The position numbers were made by a program, and so were the translations under genes. The notes under the pieces were generated by a model, which searched no databases, was not told the origin of the DNA, and saw only the letters and a program-made list of their open reading frames with translations. Of a DNA stretch of 64,000 nt, positions 32,298-42,099 are shown piece after piece. The DNA comes from Chlamydiales bacterium (lineage in GTDB: Bacteria; Chlamydiota; Chlamydiia; Chlamydiales; JAAZZY01). The first letter of the stretch is position 1. The number at the start of each line of letters is the position of its first letter. The DNA is taken from the NCBI GenBank assembly GCA_965206695.1, contig CBDBKM010000010.1:64001-128000 (forward strand). The letters are read 5' to 3'.

Positions 32298-32345
32298 GGT
32301 TCGAATTGGTTGCAGTCGGGTCCGTCATTACAACCAATTCGAACC
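32298..32345. repeat. Perfect 15-bp inverted repeat (hairpin, 18-nt loop)
   Basis: GGTTCGAATTGGTTG (32298-32312) and CAACCAATTCGAACC (32331-32345). Confidence 0.85.
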
Positions 32346-32730
32346 CTTGATGCCATCATTTAAAAGAGTCAGGGTAATTGGGTTTTGGCTATGTGGTAAG
32401 GCCAAGTAACTTTTTCCTCTTAAGCTGTACAGCTTACAAATAAAGGCAAAAAAAATATGTCTATATCAAAAAAGTTAGAAAAAATAGAATGGAAAGATCG
32501 TTTCAACTGTCTCCATGTACTGCATTTAATAAGACTTCTGCATAACTGATTTCCGGTAACGATTCTTGGCGCCTATTGCGATGCTTTGCACTCATAATAA
32601 AAAAACTGCTTATTATAAAATTTATCAAAATAAATGAAAAATAAGTTTAGACAATCAATGAGTTTTAAAAAAATATTATCAAGTCAGTTATGCAGAGGTC
32701 TTATGAATTGGGAAAAAGAAAGCTACCTTT

Positions 32731-33846
32731 TTGCTATCTATTCATTTATTTACTCCCGCAATTCCTTCGATTGCTGTTTTTTTTAAGATAAATGCAGCTA
32801 GTGCACAACTCACCGTTACCATCTTCCTTGTGGGGGTATCTTTAGGGCAATTGATATATGGTCCTATATCTAACAGATATGGAAGAAAATTAACCCTTTA
32901 TATTGGAATATTTATAGAAATTATAGGCGCTTTATTATGCGCTTTTTCTCAACCGTTGAATTCGTTTTATCTATTAATCATATCTCGTTTCATTATGGCT
33001 TTAGGTGGAGCAGTGGGTTTGACTCTAACTCTAAATATTATTTCCGATTATTATAATCCTGAAAATGCACGTAGAATTATTGCATATGCGACACTAGCCT
33101 TTTCAATTATGCCTGCTTTATCTGTTGCTATAGGTGGTGTTTTAGTAACTTATTGGAGATGGGATACTACATTTTATTTTTTGGCTTTATATGGAGTATT
33201 TATTTTTATTTTATCTGTCTTTTTACCGGAAACAGCACCACTTACAGAGGTTCGACCAATCAAATTAAAAGGGCTTGTAAAAGCATACGCCAAAGTTTTT
33301 AGAGAAAGATACCTTTTATCATACGCATTGATTGCAGGAGGCACCACAGCAATAGTTTATATATTTGCTGTCAGAGCTCCATTTATTGTTATTCATCTAT
33401 GGAAAATTGCTCCCGATAAGTTTGGAGCATTAAATATGATTCCGCCGGTAGGGATGTTTATTGGCTATGTCATTGCTGCAAAGCTTGTGAAACTCATGAA
33501 AGCGACATCTGTGATTATTATGGGTGAGACGGTTATGTTAGGTTGTTCATTAGCAATGTTTATTTTATTTATTTTTGAGATATCGAATGTATGGAGTTTG
33601 TTTTTATTGATGGCGGCCGTTTTTTTTGGGCTGGCATTAGTTTATTCCAATGTTCTAGCTTTAGCTACTGCATGTAGCGACGATAAAGCACATGCCTCTT
33701 CAGGTATTAGTTTTATAAATATGTCAGTCGCTACTTTCGGGGTGCTTTTGATGAGTGCTTTTAAGATAGAAAATGCATATATCATGCCTCTTATCTTTAC
33801 AGCTATTTCTCTTATCATAATTATTATATTTATCTCAAAACGTTAA
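32731..33846 (+). CDS. Bcr/CflA-family MFS drug efflux transporter (start uncertain, may be 5' truncated)
   Basis: GQLIYGPISNRYGRK (MFS motif A), LPET, multiple TM segments. Confidence 0.85.
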   Translation: MLSIHLFTPAIPSIAVFFKINAASAQLTVTIFLVGVSLGQLIYGPISNRYGRKLTLYIGIFIEIIGALLCAFSQPLNSFYLLIISRFIMALGGAVGLTLTLNIISDYYNPENARRIIAYATLAFSIMPALSVAIGGVLVTYWRWDTTFYFLALYGVFIFILSVFLPETAPLTEVRPIKLKGLVKAYAKVFRERYLLSYALIAGGTTAIVYIFAVRAPFIVIHLWKIAPDKFGALNMIPPVGMFIGYVIAAKLVKLMKATSVIIMGETVMLGCSLAMFILFIFEISNVWSLFLLMAAVFFGLALVYSNVLALATACSDDKAHASSGISFINMSVATFGVLLMSAFKIENAYIMPLIFTAISLIIIIIFISKR

Positions 33847-33874
33847 AAGAGATTAAAGCAAAGAATATATAATC

Positions 33875-35083
33875 CTAGTGTTTTGGCAAAGGTTGTCCTT
33901 TCCAAGTATATCCTCTTCCGCTTCGATGTTTAATAATTGAATGAATAACAAGAGCAGACAGCAATCCACCTCCAATTCCCATCGTCCACCAATAGTAGGT
34001 AGGGAGCAGCAATAAGGATTGAATTTTTCTTCTAAGCATATAATGGCAACTTATGGTAAGGGTTGATAACCCTAGGGCAAATAAAATAATCATAGAAGGG
34101 CCATGAATCATTAAACTCAATAAAGCAAGAAGAAAACCAATATATGGTATAGTGAAAATCCATAAAAAGGCCATAGAAACAGAAATGGCAAACCAAAATT
34201 TATGATCAAGTCCACAATAGAAATTTTTGGTGTACCCTTCCCAGAGCTCACTAAAGGATTCATACATCCGCATGGTAGCTAGTTTAGGGCCCAAACAAAA
34301 CTCGACCCTATATCCGTAAGATTTCGTACGCTTACCAAGTTCAATATCTTCTAAAACTTCATTCGCGACACTGCGATGTCCGCCAATTTTATTATAAACG
34401 GAACTTCTAAAAAACATAAACCACCCCGGAGTGAACACTTCAGGTCGGGTTGGATCACTAACATGAACAAAACGAGGCCAGGCTAAATTACTTAGCACTA
34501 ATGGAGGCTCAACGATCCACTCAGCTGCACATTTTAGACTTTTTTTAGGATAGAAACTTAAAAGATCAGCTTGACATTTGTACATATGAGTTAAAGCCGC
34601 TTTCACTGCACCGGGCTTAAGAAAAATATCCGCATCGATAAATAAAAAATATTCCCCTTTAGCTTGCTTAGAGCCTTGAAAACAAGCCCAATTCTTATTT
34701 ATCCAAACTTCATTATCAGGCTTTGGGATGCCATTAAGAATAATTAAGCGAGGATCTTTCAACTCTTTTTCTAACTCTTCAAGGCGAATTTTCGTATTAT
34801 CTGTCGATTGATCGTTCAATACAATCACTTCAATCCGGTTATGAGGAAGCTGGCTTCCATCTAGAAGAGAGCGAACACACTTACAGATATACTCTTCTTC
34901 ATTATGTGCGGGAATAATAACGGAAACAAGATCATCCTTTAAGATTTTATTGAGATTTTTTTCAGCATTTGGGCTTTCCGGATAAGGAGTTAGAAGCGTG
35001 GTTTTTCGACTTGTAGCCAAAATCTTTAAAATAAAGAAGGTTACAAATAGACTTGAGACAATATTACAAACAAGAAGACTCAT
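33875..35083 (-). CDS. Family 2 glycosyltransferase, CruG/CrtQ/HpnB-like
   Basis: VSVIIPAHNEE, NDQSTD, KNWAC, FIDAD, EDIELG, RMY..LWEGYTKN, C-terminal TM helices and TWKG. Confidence 0.85.
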   Translation of the reverse strand: MSLLVCNIVSSLFVTFFILKILATSRKTTLLTPYPESPNAEKNLNKILKDDLVSVIIPAHNEEEYICKCVRSLLDGSQLPHNRIEVIVLNDQSTDNTKIRLEELEKELKDPRLIILNGIPKPDNEVWINKNWACFQGSKQAKGEYFLFIDADIFLKPGAVKAALTHMYKCQADLLSFYPKKSLKCAAEWIVEPPLVLSNLAWPRFVHVSDPTRPEVFTPGWFMFFRSSVYNKIGGHRSVANEVLEDIELGKRTKSYGYRVEFCLGPKLATMRMYESFSELWEGYTKNFYCGLDHKFWFAISVSMAFLWIFTIPYIGFLLALLSLMIHGPSMIILFALGLSTLTISCHYMLRRKIQSLLLLPTYYWWTMGIGGGLLSALVIHSIIKHRSGRGYTWKGQPLPKH

Positions 35084-35142
35084 TTTACTCCTTTCTACAC
35101 ATTAAACATGGGTTATTCATAATTTAAATAAAATTTGCATAA

Positions 35143-37401
35143 TTAATTTTTGTTCGCAATAAGATTTAACGCACTGCCCGCTTTAAACCAACAAATTTGA
35201 TTTTTACTAAAGGTATGCTTGAGCTGAATATTCTCTACTGAACCATCCGAATGTGCAATTTTTAGATTGAGCGGCTTGTCGGGGGCAAAGCTTGATAGAC
35301 TATCTAAAGATAAAAGATCATCTTCTAAAATTTTATTATAATCATTTTGGTTCATAAAAGTTAGAGCTAGCATTCCCTGTTTTTTTAAATTGGTCTCATG
35401 AATTCTTGCAAAGCTTTTGGCTATCACAATCCTTCCTCCAAGAAAACGAGGTTCCATCGCTGCATGTTCTCTTGACGAGCCTTCACCATAATTTTCATCT
35501 CCAATCGCAACCCACGTGATGCCATTTTTTTTATAGTCTCTTGCGATTTCTGAAAAGGCATTAATTTTTCCGGTAAGTAAATTTTTACCATGACCGATTT
35601 CTTCTCTAAAAGAATTTACGGCTCCACAAAACATATTGTCAGATATGTTATCTAAATGTCCTCTATAACGTAGCCATTTACCGGCCGGAGATATATGATC
35701 GGTTGTACATTTTCCGGTGACTTTCACCAAAACACGCATATCTTGCAAATCTTTTTCTTGCCAAGGTTTAAATGGTTCGAGTAATTGCAGTCGCTCGCTC
35801 TTAGGATTAACGATGATGTCAATATGAGCACCGTCTTTCGCAGGTTCAATAAAACCGACATCACCACGGTCAAATCCCTTGGGAGGTAATTCCTTGCCAT
35901 AAGGAGGGTCAAGATGAACTTGTTCACCTTTATCATTGATAAGAATATCTTTTTCAGGATTAAAAGAAAGTCGGCCCGCTAAGGCAAAAGCCATCACAAT
36001 TTCAGGACTGGCAACAAAAGCGTGGGTACCGGGATTAGCATCGTTACGACCGGAAAAGTTTCGGTTATAAGAGGTTATAATTGAATTTTTTTCTCCCGGA
36101 GCGACGTCATGCCTTTTCCATTGGCCAATGCAAGGACCACATGCATTCGCTAAGACAAGGCCACCTACTTCAGTAAATGTTTTTAAGTGACCATCTCTTT
36201 CGATAGTTGCTCGTATTTGTTCGGATCCGGGAGTAATAATCAGTTCGGATTTGGCTTGTAAACCTTTATCTTTTGCTTGAGAAGCAATACTGGTAGCCCT
36301 TTCCATATCCTCATAACTCGAGTTAGTACATGAACCGATAAGGGCAATTTTTAGCTCATCCGGATAGTTGTGTCTTTTAACTGCTTGAGCGAAATCCGAT
36401 AATTTCCAAGCTCTATCAGGACTATAAGGTCCATTGATATGAGGTTCCAATTCAGATAAATTAATCTCGATTACTTTATCATAGTATTTTCCCGGATCTT
36501 CTAGAACTTGATCATCCGGTTTCAAACAATCTTGGATTTTATCAGCAAGAACAGCAATTTTTTCACGTTCTGTTGCTCGTAAATAATCAGCCATTCTAGA
36601 ATCATAAGGAAAAATAGAAGTAGTAGCTCCGATTTCTGCTCCCATATTGCAGATGGTACCTTTACCTGTACAAGAAATAGATTGAGTCCCCGGTCCAAAA
36701 TATTCGACAATTGCACCGGTTCCACCTTTGACGGTTAAAATGCCGGCAACTTTTAAAATCACATCTTTAGGGGATGCCCATCCTTTTAATTCACCGGTTA
36801 ATTTCACACCAATGGTTTTAGGGAATTGTAATTCCCAAGGCATTCCCGCCATAACATCAACAGCGTCAGCTCCACCTACACCAACGGCTACCATACCTAA
36901 TCCACCGGCATTAGGAGTATGAGAGTCAGTACCTATCATCATTCCTCCCGGAAATGCATAGTTCTCTAAAACGATTTGATGGATGATTCCTGATCCGGGC
37001 TTCCAAAATCCGATACCATATTTATTTGAGGAGCTTTGTAAAAAGTCAAAGACTTCTTTGTTCTCTGTATTAGCGCGTTTGAGGTCTTCTTCCGCACCTA
37101 TCTCGGCTAAAATAAGATGATCACAATGAACAGTAGTAGGAACAGTGGTTTTCTTTTTTTTAGAGGAGATAAATTGCAATAAAGCCATTTGAGCTGTGGC
37201 ATCTTGCATAGCCACTCTATCCGGAGCAAAATCGATATATGAAACACTCGGTTGTGCCGGCTTATTTAAGGGAGAGGATAGATGTGAATAGAGAATCTTT
37301 TCAGTTAGATTCATTGGTCGCTTAAATAAGTTGCGTATAGCTTCAAGCTTTTGCGAGAGTTCACTATAAAAATTTTGGATTATATTCAGGTCAAAGGGCA
37401 T
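35143..37401 (-). CDS. acnA: Aconitate hydratase, mitochondrial/Bacteroidota-type
   Basis: [56 protein letters not shown]. Confidence 0.96.
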   Translation of the reverse strand: MPFDLNIIQNFYSELSQKLEAIRNLFKRPMNLTEKILYSHLSSPLNKPAQPSVSYIDFAPDRVAMQDATAQMALLQFISSKKKKTTVPTTVHCDHLILAEIGAEEDLKRANTENKEVFDFLQSSSNKYGIGFWKPGSGIIHQIVLENYAFPGGMMIGTDSHTPNAGGLGMVAVGVGGADAVDVMAGMPWELQFPKTIGVKLTGELKGWASPKDVILKVAGILTVKGGTGAIVEYFGPGTQSISCTGKGTICNMGAEIGATTSIFPYDSRMADYLRATEREKIAVLADKIQDCLKPDDQVLEDPGKYYDKVIEINLSELEPHINGPYSPDRAWKLSDFAQAVKRHNYPDELKIALIGSCTNSSYEDMERATSIASQAKDKGLQAKSELIITPGSEQIRATIERDGHLKTFTEVGGLVLANACGPCIGQWKRHDVAPGEKNSIITSYNRNFSGRNDANPGTHAFVASPEIVMAFALAGRLSFNPEKDILINDKGEQVHLDPPYGKELPPKGFDRGDVGFIEPAKDGAHIDIIVNPKSERLQLLEPFKPWQEKDLQDMRVLVKVTGKCTTDHISPAGKWLRYRGHLDNISDNMFCGAVNSFREEIGHGKNLLTGKINAFSEIARDYKKNGITWVAIGDENYGEGSSREHAAMEPRFLGGRIVIAKSFARIHETNLKKQGMLALTFMNQNDYNKILEDDLLSLDSLSSFAPDKPLNLKIAHSDGSVENIQLKHTFSKNQICWFKAGSALNLIANKN

Positions 37402-37816
37402 TATATCCTCCTAAATCCCGTAATGGTGCAAGATAAAAGCAGATAATAGCCTACAGTGTTTTATTGAAAATAAGCAAGTAACAATGCAATAGTAGCTTCA
37501 AATTTATTTATTTTTCTTATAGCAGATTTCTAAATAAATAATTTGCAGGGTTTTAAGTTTTAAAACTTATGTTTTTCTAAATATATTTTATCCTGATTTA
37601 TCAAGTGATTTGCAAGACCGTATTTTAGAGCGTTAAATCAGTTTATTTGTTAATATAATTATGATTCAGTCTTATCCAAAAAAAACCGGGTTGGTTTTTT
37701 TATAAACACCAAATTTTGTATAATCTTGGATTTCTTAAAGATTGTTTTAGGATCTATAGATTAGAAAGAATCGGTGTGCTATATCTATTCTAAAATTTAT
37801 ACAGGTAAATGAAGCA

Positions 37817-38278
37817 ATGGGCATTCCACCAGTAAAATTCCGTGAGGTTGTATTTCAGTTACTGGTATCACAAGACTATTATGCTTTTTCTGATGAAGAG
37901 ATTATTCCTTTTATTATGAAAGAGATTAAAGTCAGCTATAAGGATGTTTTTGCAGCCTTACAGCGTATGAATCAAATCTGTGAAAAAAACGAGGATCTTG
38001 ATCGTGAAATTTCCGCAGTGAGTACGTCTTATGCTCTTAATAGAATTCAAAGAATAGAACGGAATATACTAAGACTGGGAATTTACGAACTCCTTTTTGA
38101 TTCTTCTATGCCTGATAAAGTTGCCATATCTGAAGCTTTAAGGCTTTGCCGTAAATTTAGTACTAAAGAAGCCGCAAATTTCGTTAACGCTCTTCTAGAC
38201 AAGATTTATAAAAAGAAGACTGAGATAGGGCTGCCTAAGGAGAGTACTGCTATAGAGTCAATTTGTCATTCAAGTTAG
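37817..38278 (+). CDS. nusB: Transcription antitermination factor NusB
   Basis: ERNILRLGIYEL, VAISEALRLCRKFS, FVNALLD. Confidence 0.93.
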   Translation: MGIPPVKFREVVFQLLVSQDYYAFSDEEIIPFIMKEIKVSYKDVFAALQRMNQICEKNEDLDREISAVSTSYALNRIQRIERNILRLGIYELLFDSSMPDKVAISEALRLCRKFSTKEAANFVNALLDKIYKKKTEIGLPKESTAIESICHSS

Positions 38279-38326
38279 TTCGATAAATCGTATTATGTTT
38301 ATGTTTATGTTTGGTGATCATTTCCT

Positions 38327-39196
38327 ATGAAGATTGAATCATTAAATTGGAAACGCGATATATCCCTGGCGCTTTATTCAACTTTTCTTATTGGAGGAAA
38401 GGCTAAATATTTTATTTCTATTTCGAATATAGAAGAGATGAATTTAGCTCTTCGATTTTGTTCAGACAATAGGATTCCATATTTTATTCTTGGTAAAGGT
38501 TCCAATATACTCTTTGATGATCGAGGTTTTAATGGGGCTGTTATTTTAAATAAGATTCAATTCTTAGAGCAAAAAGGATCTTTATTTACAGCAGGAGGAG
38601 GCTATAGTTTCTCTTTACTTGGATTAAGGGCCGCTCGAATGGGATTCTCCGGTCTTGAGTATGCAGCAGGTATCCCCGCTTCTGTAGGAGGGGCTGTTTT
38701 TATGAATGCCGGAGCAGATAAACAAGAAATAGCCGATACGATTTCCTCAGTTGAATTTATTCATGATGATGGTACAAAAAAGCTTTTTCAAAAAGCTCAG
38801 TTACAATTTGATTACCGATTTTCTTCCTTTCAACACTTAAATGGTGTTATTGTTTCAGCTTCTTTTAATTTAAAAAAAGTAGAAGGTGTAAGAGCCAAAC
38901 AATTGATTTTACTCAAAAGACGCAAAGATTTACAACCCGGAAACGAGCATTGTGCGGGCTGTGTTTTTCGAAATCCTAAAGGATCCTCTGCAGGATTTCT
39001 TATTGATCAAATAGGTTTAAAGGGATATTCAAAAGGGGATGCTCAGGTTTCGCTTAAGCATGCAAATTTTATTGTAAATAAAGGAAAAGCCCTAGCCGGA
39101 GATGTTTTGGAATTAATCTCTTACATACAAGATAAAGTAAAACAATCAAAAGGAGTGACACTCCGACCGGAAGTGCGTTATATTCCTTATGAATGA
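38327..39196 (+). CDS. murB: UDP-N-acetylmuramate dehydrogenase
   Basis: IGGKA, GKGSN, GIPASVGGAVFMNAGA, AGCVFRNP, KHANFIVN. Confidence 0.96.
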   Translation: MKIESLNWKRDISLALYSTFLIGGKAKYFISISNIEEMNLALRFCSDNRIPYFILGKGSNILFDDRGFNGAVILNKIQFLEQKGSLFTAGGGYSFSLLGLRAARMGFSGLEYAAGIPASVGGAVFMNAGADKQEIADTISSVEFIHDDGTKKLFQKAQLQFDYRFSSFQHLNGVIVSASFNLKKVEGVRAKQLILLKRRKDLQPGNEHCAGCVFRNPKGSSAGFLIDQIGLKGYSKGDAQVSLKHANFIVNKGKALAGDVLELISYIQDKVKQSKGVTLRPEVRYIPYE

Positions 39197-40052
39197 AAAT
39201 AAAATCCCAATATTTCGAGCAGATTTACATTGTCATACGACTTTTTCAGACGGTTCTTTAACGCCGACAGAAATAATTTACTTAGCTAAAGAAAAAAAAT
39301 TACAAGGACTGTCGATTACAGATCATGATACGTTTTTGGGTTATGAAGAGGCTCTTCCTGTTGCTAAAGAATGTAATATACAATTGATATCCGGGATTGA
39401 ATGTAGTTCTGAATATAACGATGAACCCGTACATATTTTAGGTTATGCTTTTTCTTTAAATAATCCCAAAATTAACAGCTTTTCTGAGCTCTGTCAAAAT
39501 CATCGAATCGAACGCAATCGTTCGATTTTGAAGAAGTTAAAGGAGCGTGGTATGAAAGTGGAAGAAGAGGAATTGTTATATAGTTTTTCCGATGAAGCTC
39601 ATAAAGGCAGCTTAGGAAGACCTCATATTGCTAACCTGCTTGTCAAAAAGGGGTATGTAAAAAATATTCAAGATGCCTTTAAACGCCTCTTGGCAGAAGG
39701 CAAGCCTTGCTATACTCATGGGCAAAAAGTATCCATACAGGATACGATAAATATCATACATTCAGCCGGTGGATTAGCCTGTATTGCACATCCTCATTTT
39801 ATTAAAAGAAAACGCATAGTCAAAGATCTTTTAACTTATGATTTTGATGGCATTGAGGTATATTATGCTTGTTTTCCTTCTAATAAAGAAAAAAAGTGGC
39901 TTCAAATAGCGAGGGGGAAAAAATGGTTAGCTACAGGAGGTTCTGACTTTCATGGGATGCCTAAACCGCATATTCCTTTGGGCGCTTCTTGGGTCTCAGA
40001 AAAAATATTTAATTATTTACATCAAACTTTCATTAAAAATAACCCGTTGTGA
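39189..40052 (+). CDS. PHP-domain phosphoesterase (TrpH/YciV-like)
   Basis: DLHCHTTFSDG, ITDHD, HILGY, GRPHIA, AHP, GGSDFHG. Confidence 0.92.
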   Translation: MNENKIPIFRADLHCHTTFSDGSLTPTEIIYLAKEKKLQGLSITDHDTFLGYEEALPVAKECNIQLISGIECSSEYNDEPVHILGYAFSLNNPKINSFSELCQNHRIERNRSILKKLKERGMKVEEEELLYSFSDEAHKGSLGRPHIANLLVKKGYVKNIQDAFKRLLAEGKPCYTHGQKVSIQDTINIIHSAGGLACIAHPHFIKRKRIVKDLLTYDFDGIEVYYACFPSNKEKKWLQIARGKKWLATGGSDFHGMPKPHIPLGASWVSEKIFNYLHQTFIKNNPL

Positions 40053-41287
40053 ACTATTTAAAGATTCTTCAGCAATTATATCAAATCAACACCTCTCCAT
40101 TAAAAAAAATGGACTTGAGGAATGCGCACAAGCTAAATCAGCTTCTAAAAGAACCGATTAATGATTTTTCTTCAATCCATATTGCCGGAACAAACGGAAA
40201 AGGTTCCGTCGCTTTTAAGATTGCTAAAAGCTTACAATTTTCCGGTTATAGAGTCGGAGTGTATACATCTCCTCATATTAGTTCATTTCGTGAAAGAATT
40301 AGGATAAATGATCAACTCATTGAAGAAGAACAAGTGGTAGATTTAGTTGTGCAAATAAGGCAAATAGTTGATCAGAATCAACTGGAAATAAGTTTTTTTG
40401 AAATGATAACGTTCTTAGCTTTTCTATATTTTTCTCAACAAAAAGTGGATATCGCTATTATTGAAACAGGCTTGGGAGGGCGATTGGACACGACTAATAT
40501 TATTACTCCCCTTGTATCGATTATTACATCAGTGAGTTTAGATCATTGCGAAATATTAGGTGATACAATTGTTGATATTGCTAAGGAAAAGGCTGCTATT
40601 ATTAAACCCTCTATCCCTGTTGTTTTAGGGTCAACTGTACCTGAAATAGTAAGTTCTTTTGCAAGAGATAAAAATAGTTGTATTTTTAAATTGCATACAA
40701 CAGAGAGTTTTTATGATGATGAAAATAAAAATATTGCATCTCTTGCGATTTCTTTAATACAACATCAGTTTCCCGTTGCCTTAAAATATCTAAACAAAGG
40801 ATTGCAGTTGCGCCCGGCTTGTCGTTTTGAAATTGTCTCTTACCCGGGTTCAGAAGATATTATAATTTTGGATGTAGCACATAACCCAAAAGCTTTGAAA
40901 AAAGTATTTGAGCATATTAAAAAACGTTGGCCATATGAAAGTATAAGAGTCGTGACCTGTCTTTCAAGAGGCAAAGATTTAAAGCATTGTTTTCAAATTA
41001 TTCTTGATTACGCCCATACTCTTGATCTCATTAATGGTACTCATCCTCGGCTATGCTCTTTTTCGGATCAAGTTCATGTCCTTGATCGACTGGGCTATCA
41101 GCTAAAAAATTCTAATAAGAGTATGCAAGAAACTTTATCGGATACGATTTCTCCGGCCAAAAAAAATAAAGAGATTGTCTTAATTACGGGATCATTTTTT
41201 ATTATGTCTGAAGCGCGAAAATTTTTAGGATTTAAAGAGAGATCGGATGATGTCGAACTTAATGAGGTGCGTGCTTGTGTATCATGA
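40049..41287 (+). CDS. folC: Folylpolyglutamate synthase / dihydrofolate synthase
   Basis: HIAGTNGKGS, YTSPH, ETGLGGRLDTTN, LDVAHNP, TGSF. Confidence 0.95.
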   Translation: MNYLKILQQLYQINTSPLKKMDLRNAHKLNQLLKEPINDFSSIHIAGTNGKGSVAFKIAKSLQFSGYRVGVYTSPHISSFRERIRINDQLIEEEQVVDLVVQIRQIVDQNQLEISFFEMITFLAFLYFSQQKVDIAIIETGLGGRLDTTNIITPLVSIITSVSLDHCEILGDTIVDIAKEKAAIIKPSIPVVLGSTVPEIVSSFARDKNSCIFKLHTTESFYDDENKNIASLAISLIQHQFPVALKYLNKGLQLRPACRFEIVSYPGSEDIIILDVAHNPKALKKVFEHIKKRWPYESIRVVTCLSRGKDLKHCFQIILDYAHTLDLINGTHPRLCSFSDQVHVLDRLGYQLKNSNKSMQETLSDTISPAKKNKEIVLITGSFFIMSEARKFLGFKERSDDVELNEVRACVS

Positions 41288-41327
41288 TTAAAGAAGGTCC
41301 GAGACGGCGGCTAACGCTTAGAATCAC

Positions 41328-41456
41328 TGACTACGTCCGGCTACTTGCGTCCTGCAAGGTTTCTTCGCTGCGCTTTTCCTGTTTCAACACGGTCCCTATC
41401 ATTACCGCTAAGCGGCTACTTTCGGTTTATTTGACGCTCCACAGGCACTTCCCGCA
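41328..41456 (-). ncRNA. Putative TnpB omega/reRNA scaffold overlapping the tnpB 3' end
   Basis: Minus strand GCCTGTGGAG...GAAACAGGAA (CCTGT/ACAGG pairing typical of tnpB right ends), TTGC-AGGAC-GCAA hairpin, ending ...GTAGTCA. Confidence 0.5.
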
Positions 41457-42099
41457 CTCGTTGCGGTGAGTAATATATTTCTTGCGGCATTGATATCGCT
41501 GTCATGCTCGATTCCACATTTTTCACACTGCCACGAGCGCACACTTAAGACAAGATCTTTCTTAATATGGCCACATTTATAACAAGTTTTACTTGTAGGC
41601 TCATATCTTCCGATGATATGCAAATCCCTGCGATACCACTTGGACTTATACTCGATTTGTCTACTAAATTCACTCCAACCGGCGTCCCCGATCGATCGAC
41701 TCAATCTACTATTGGCCATCATGCCACGCACATGCAGGTCTTCCGGCGCTATTACTTGGTTTTCGCGTACGATAGAAGTATTCAACTTGTGCAAGTAGTC
41801 TTGCCTCTTATCGGCTATTCGCCGGTGAAGTTTACCTAGTTTCTTGCGTGCTTTTCTTCTGTTTTTCGAGCCTTTCAGTCTTTTTGAAAGACATCTTGAT
41901 TTTTTTCTAAATTTTTTTAGAAACCTTCCTAAAACTTTAAGAGGTTTATATCTTTTCCCATTGCTGTCAGTTGCAAAAGTTTTTAGTCCAAGATCTACTC
42001 CTATCCTTGCATTTGTTGTCGTAGCTTCTTTTGTACAGTTCACATCCACTTGAAGCGAAACATACCATTCATCAGCACAATTTTTAGATAGCGTTGCAC
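41408..42099 (-). pseudogene. tnpB: TnpB RNA-guided nuclease, N-terminal half lost at the IS630 junction
   Basis: RuvC-I GVDLG, RuvC-II EDL, zinc finger CYKC..CEKC, RuvC-III HDSDINAARNI. Confidence 0.9.

Larger units (their letters stand above)
41328..42099 (-). mobile_element. IS200/IS605/IS607-type element remnant (3' half of tnpB plus right end)
   Basis: tnpB C-terminal half followed by a GC-richer structured tail; left boundary approximate. Confidence 0.7.

Noticed and set aside
37678..37701. A7-CC...GG-T7 palindrome in the acnA-nusB divergent gap as a terminator
   Set aside because: Only 2 GC pairs, expected by chance in AT-rich DNA, and no gene ends here
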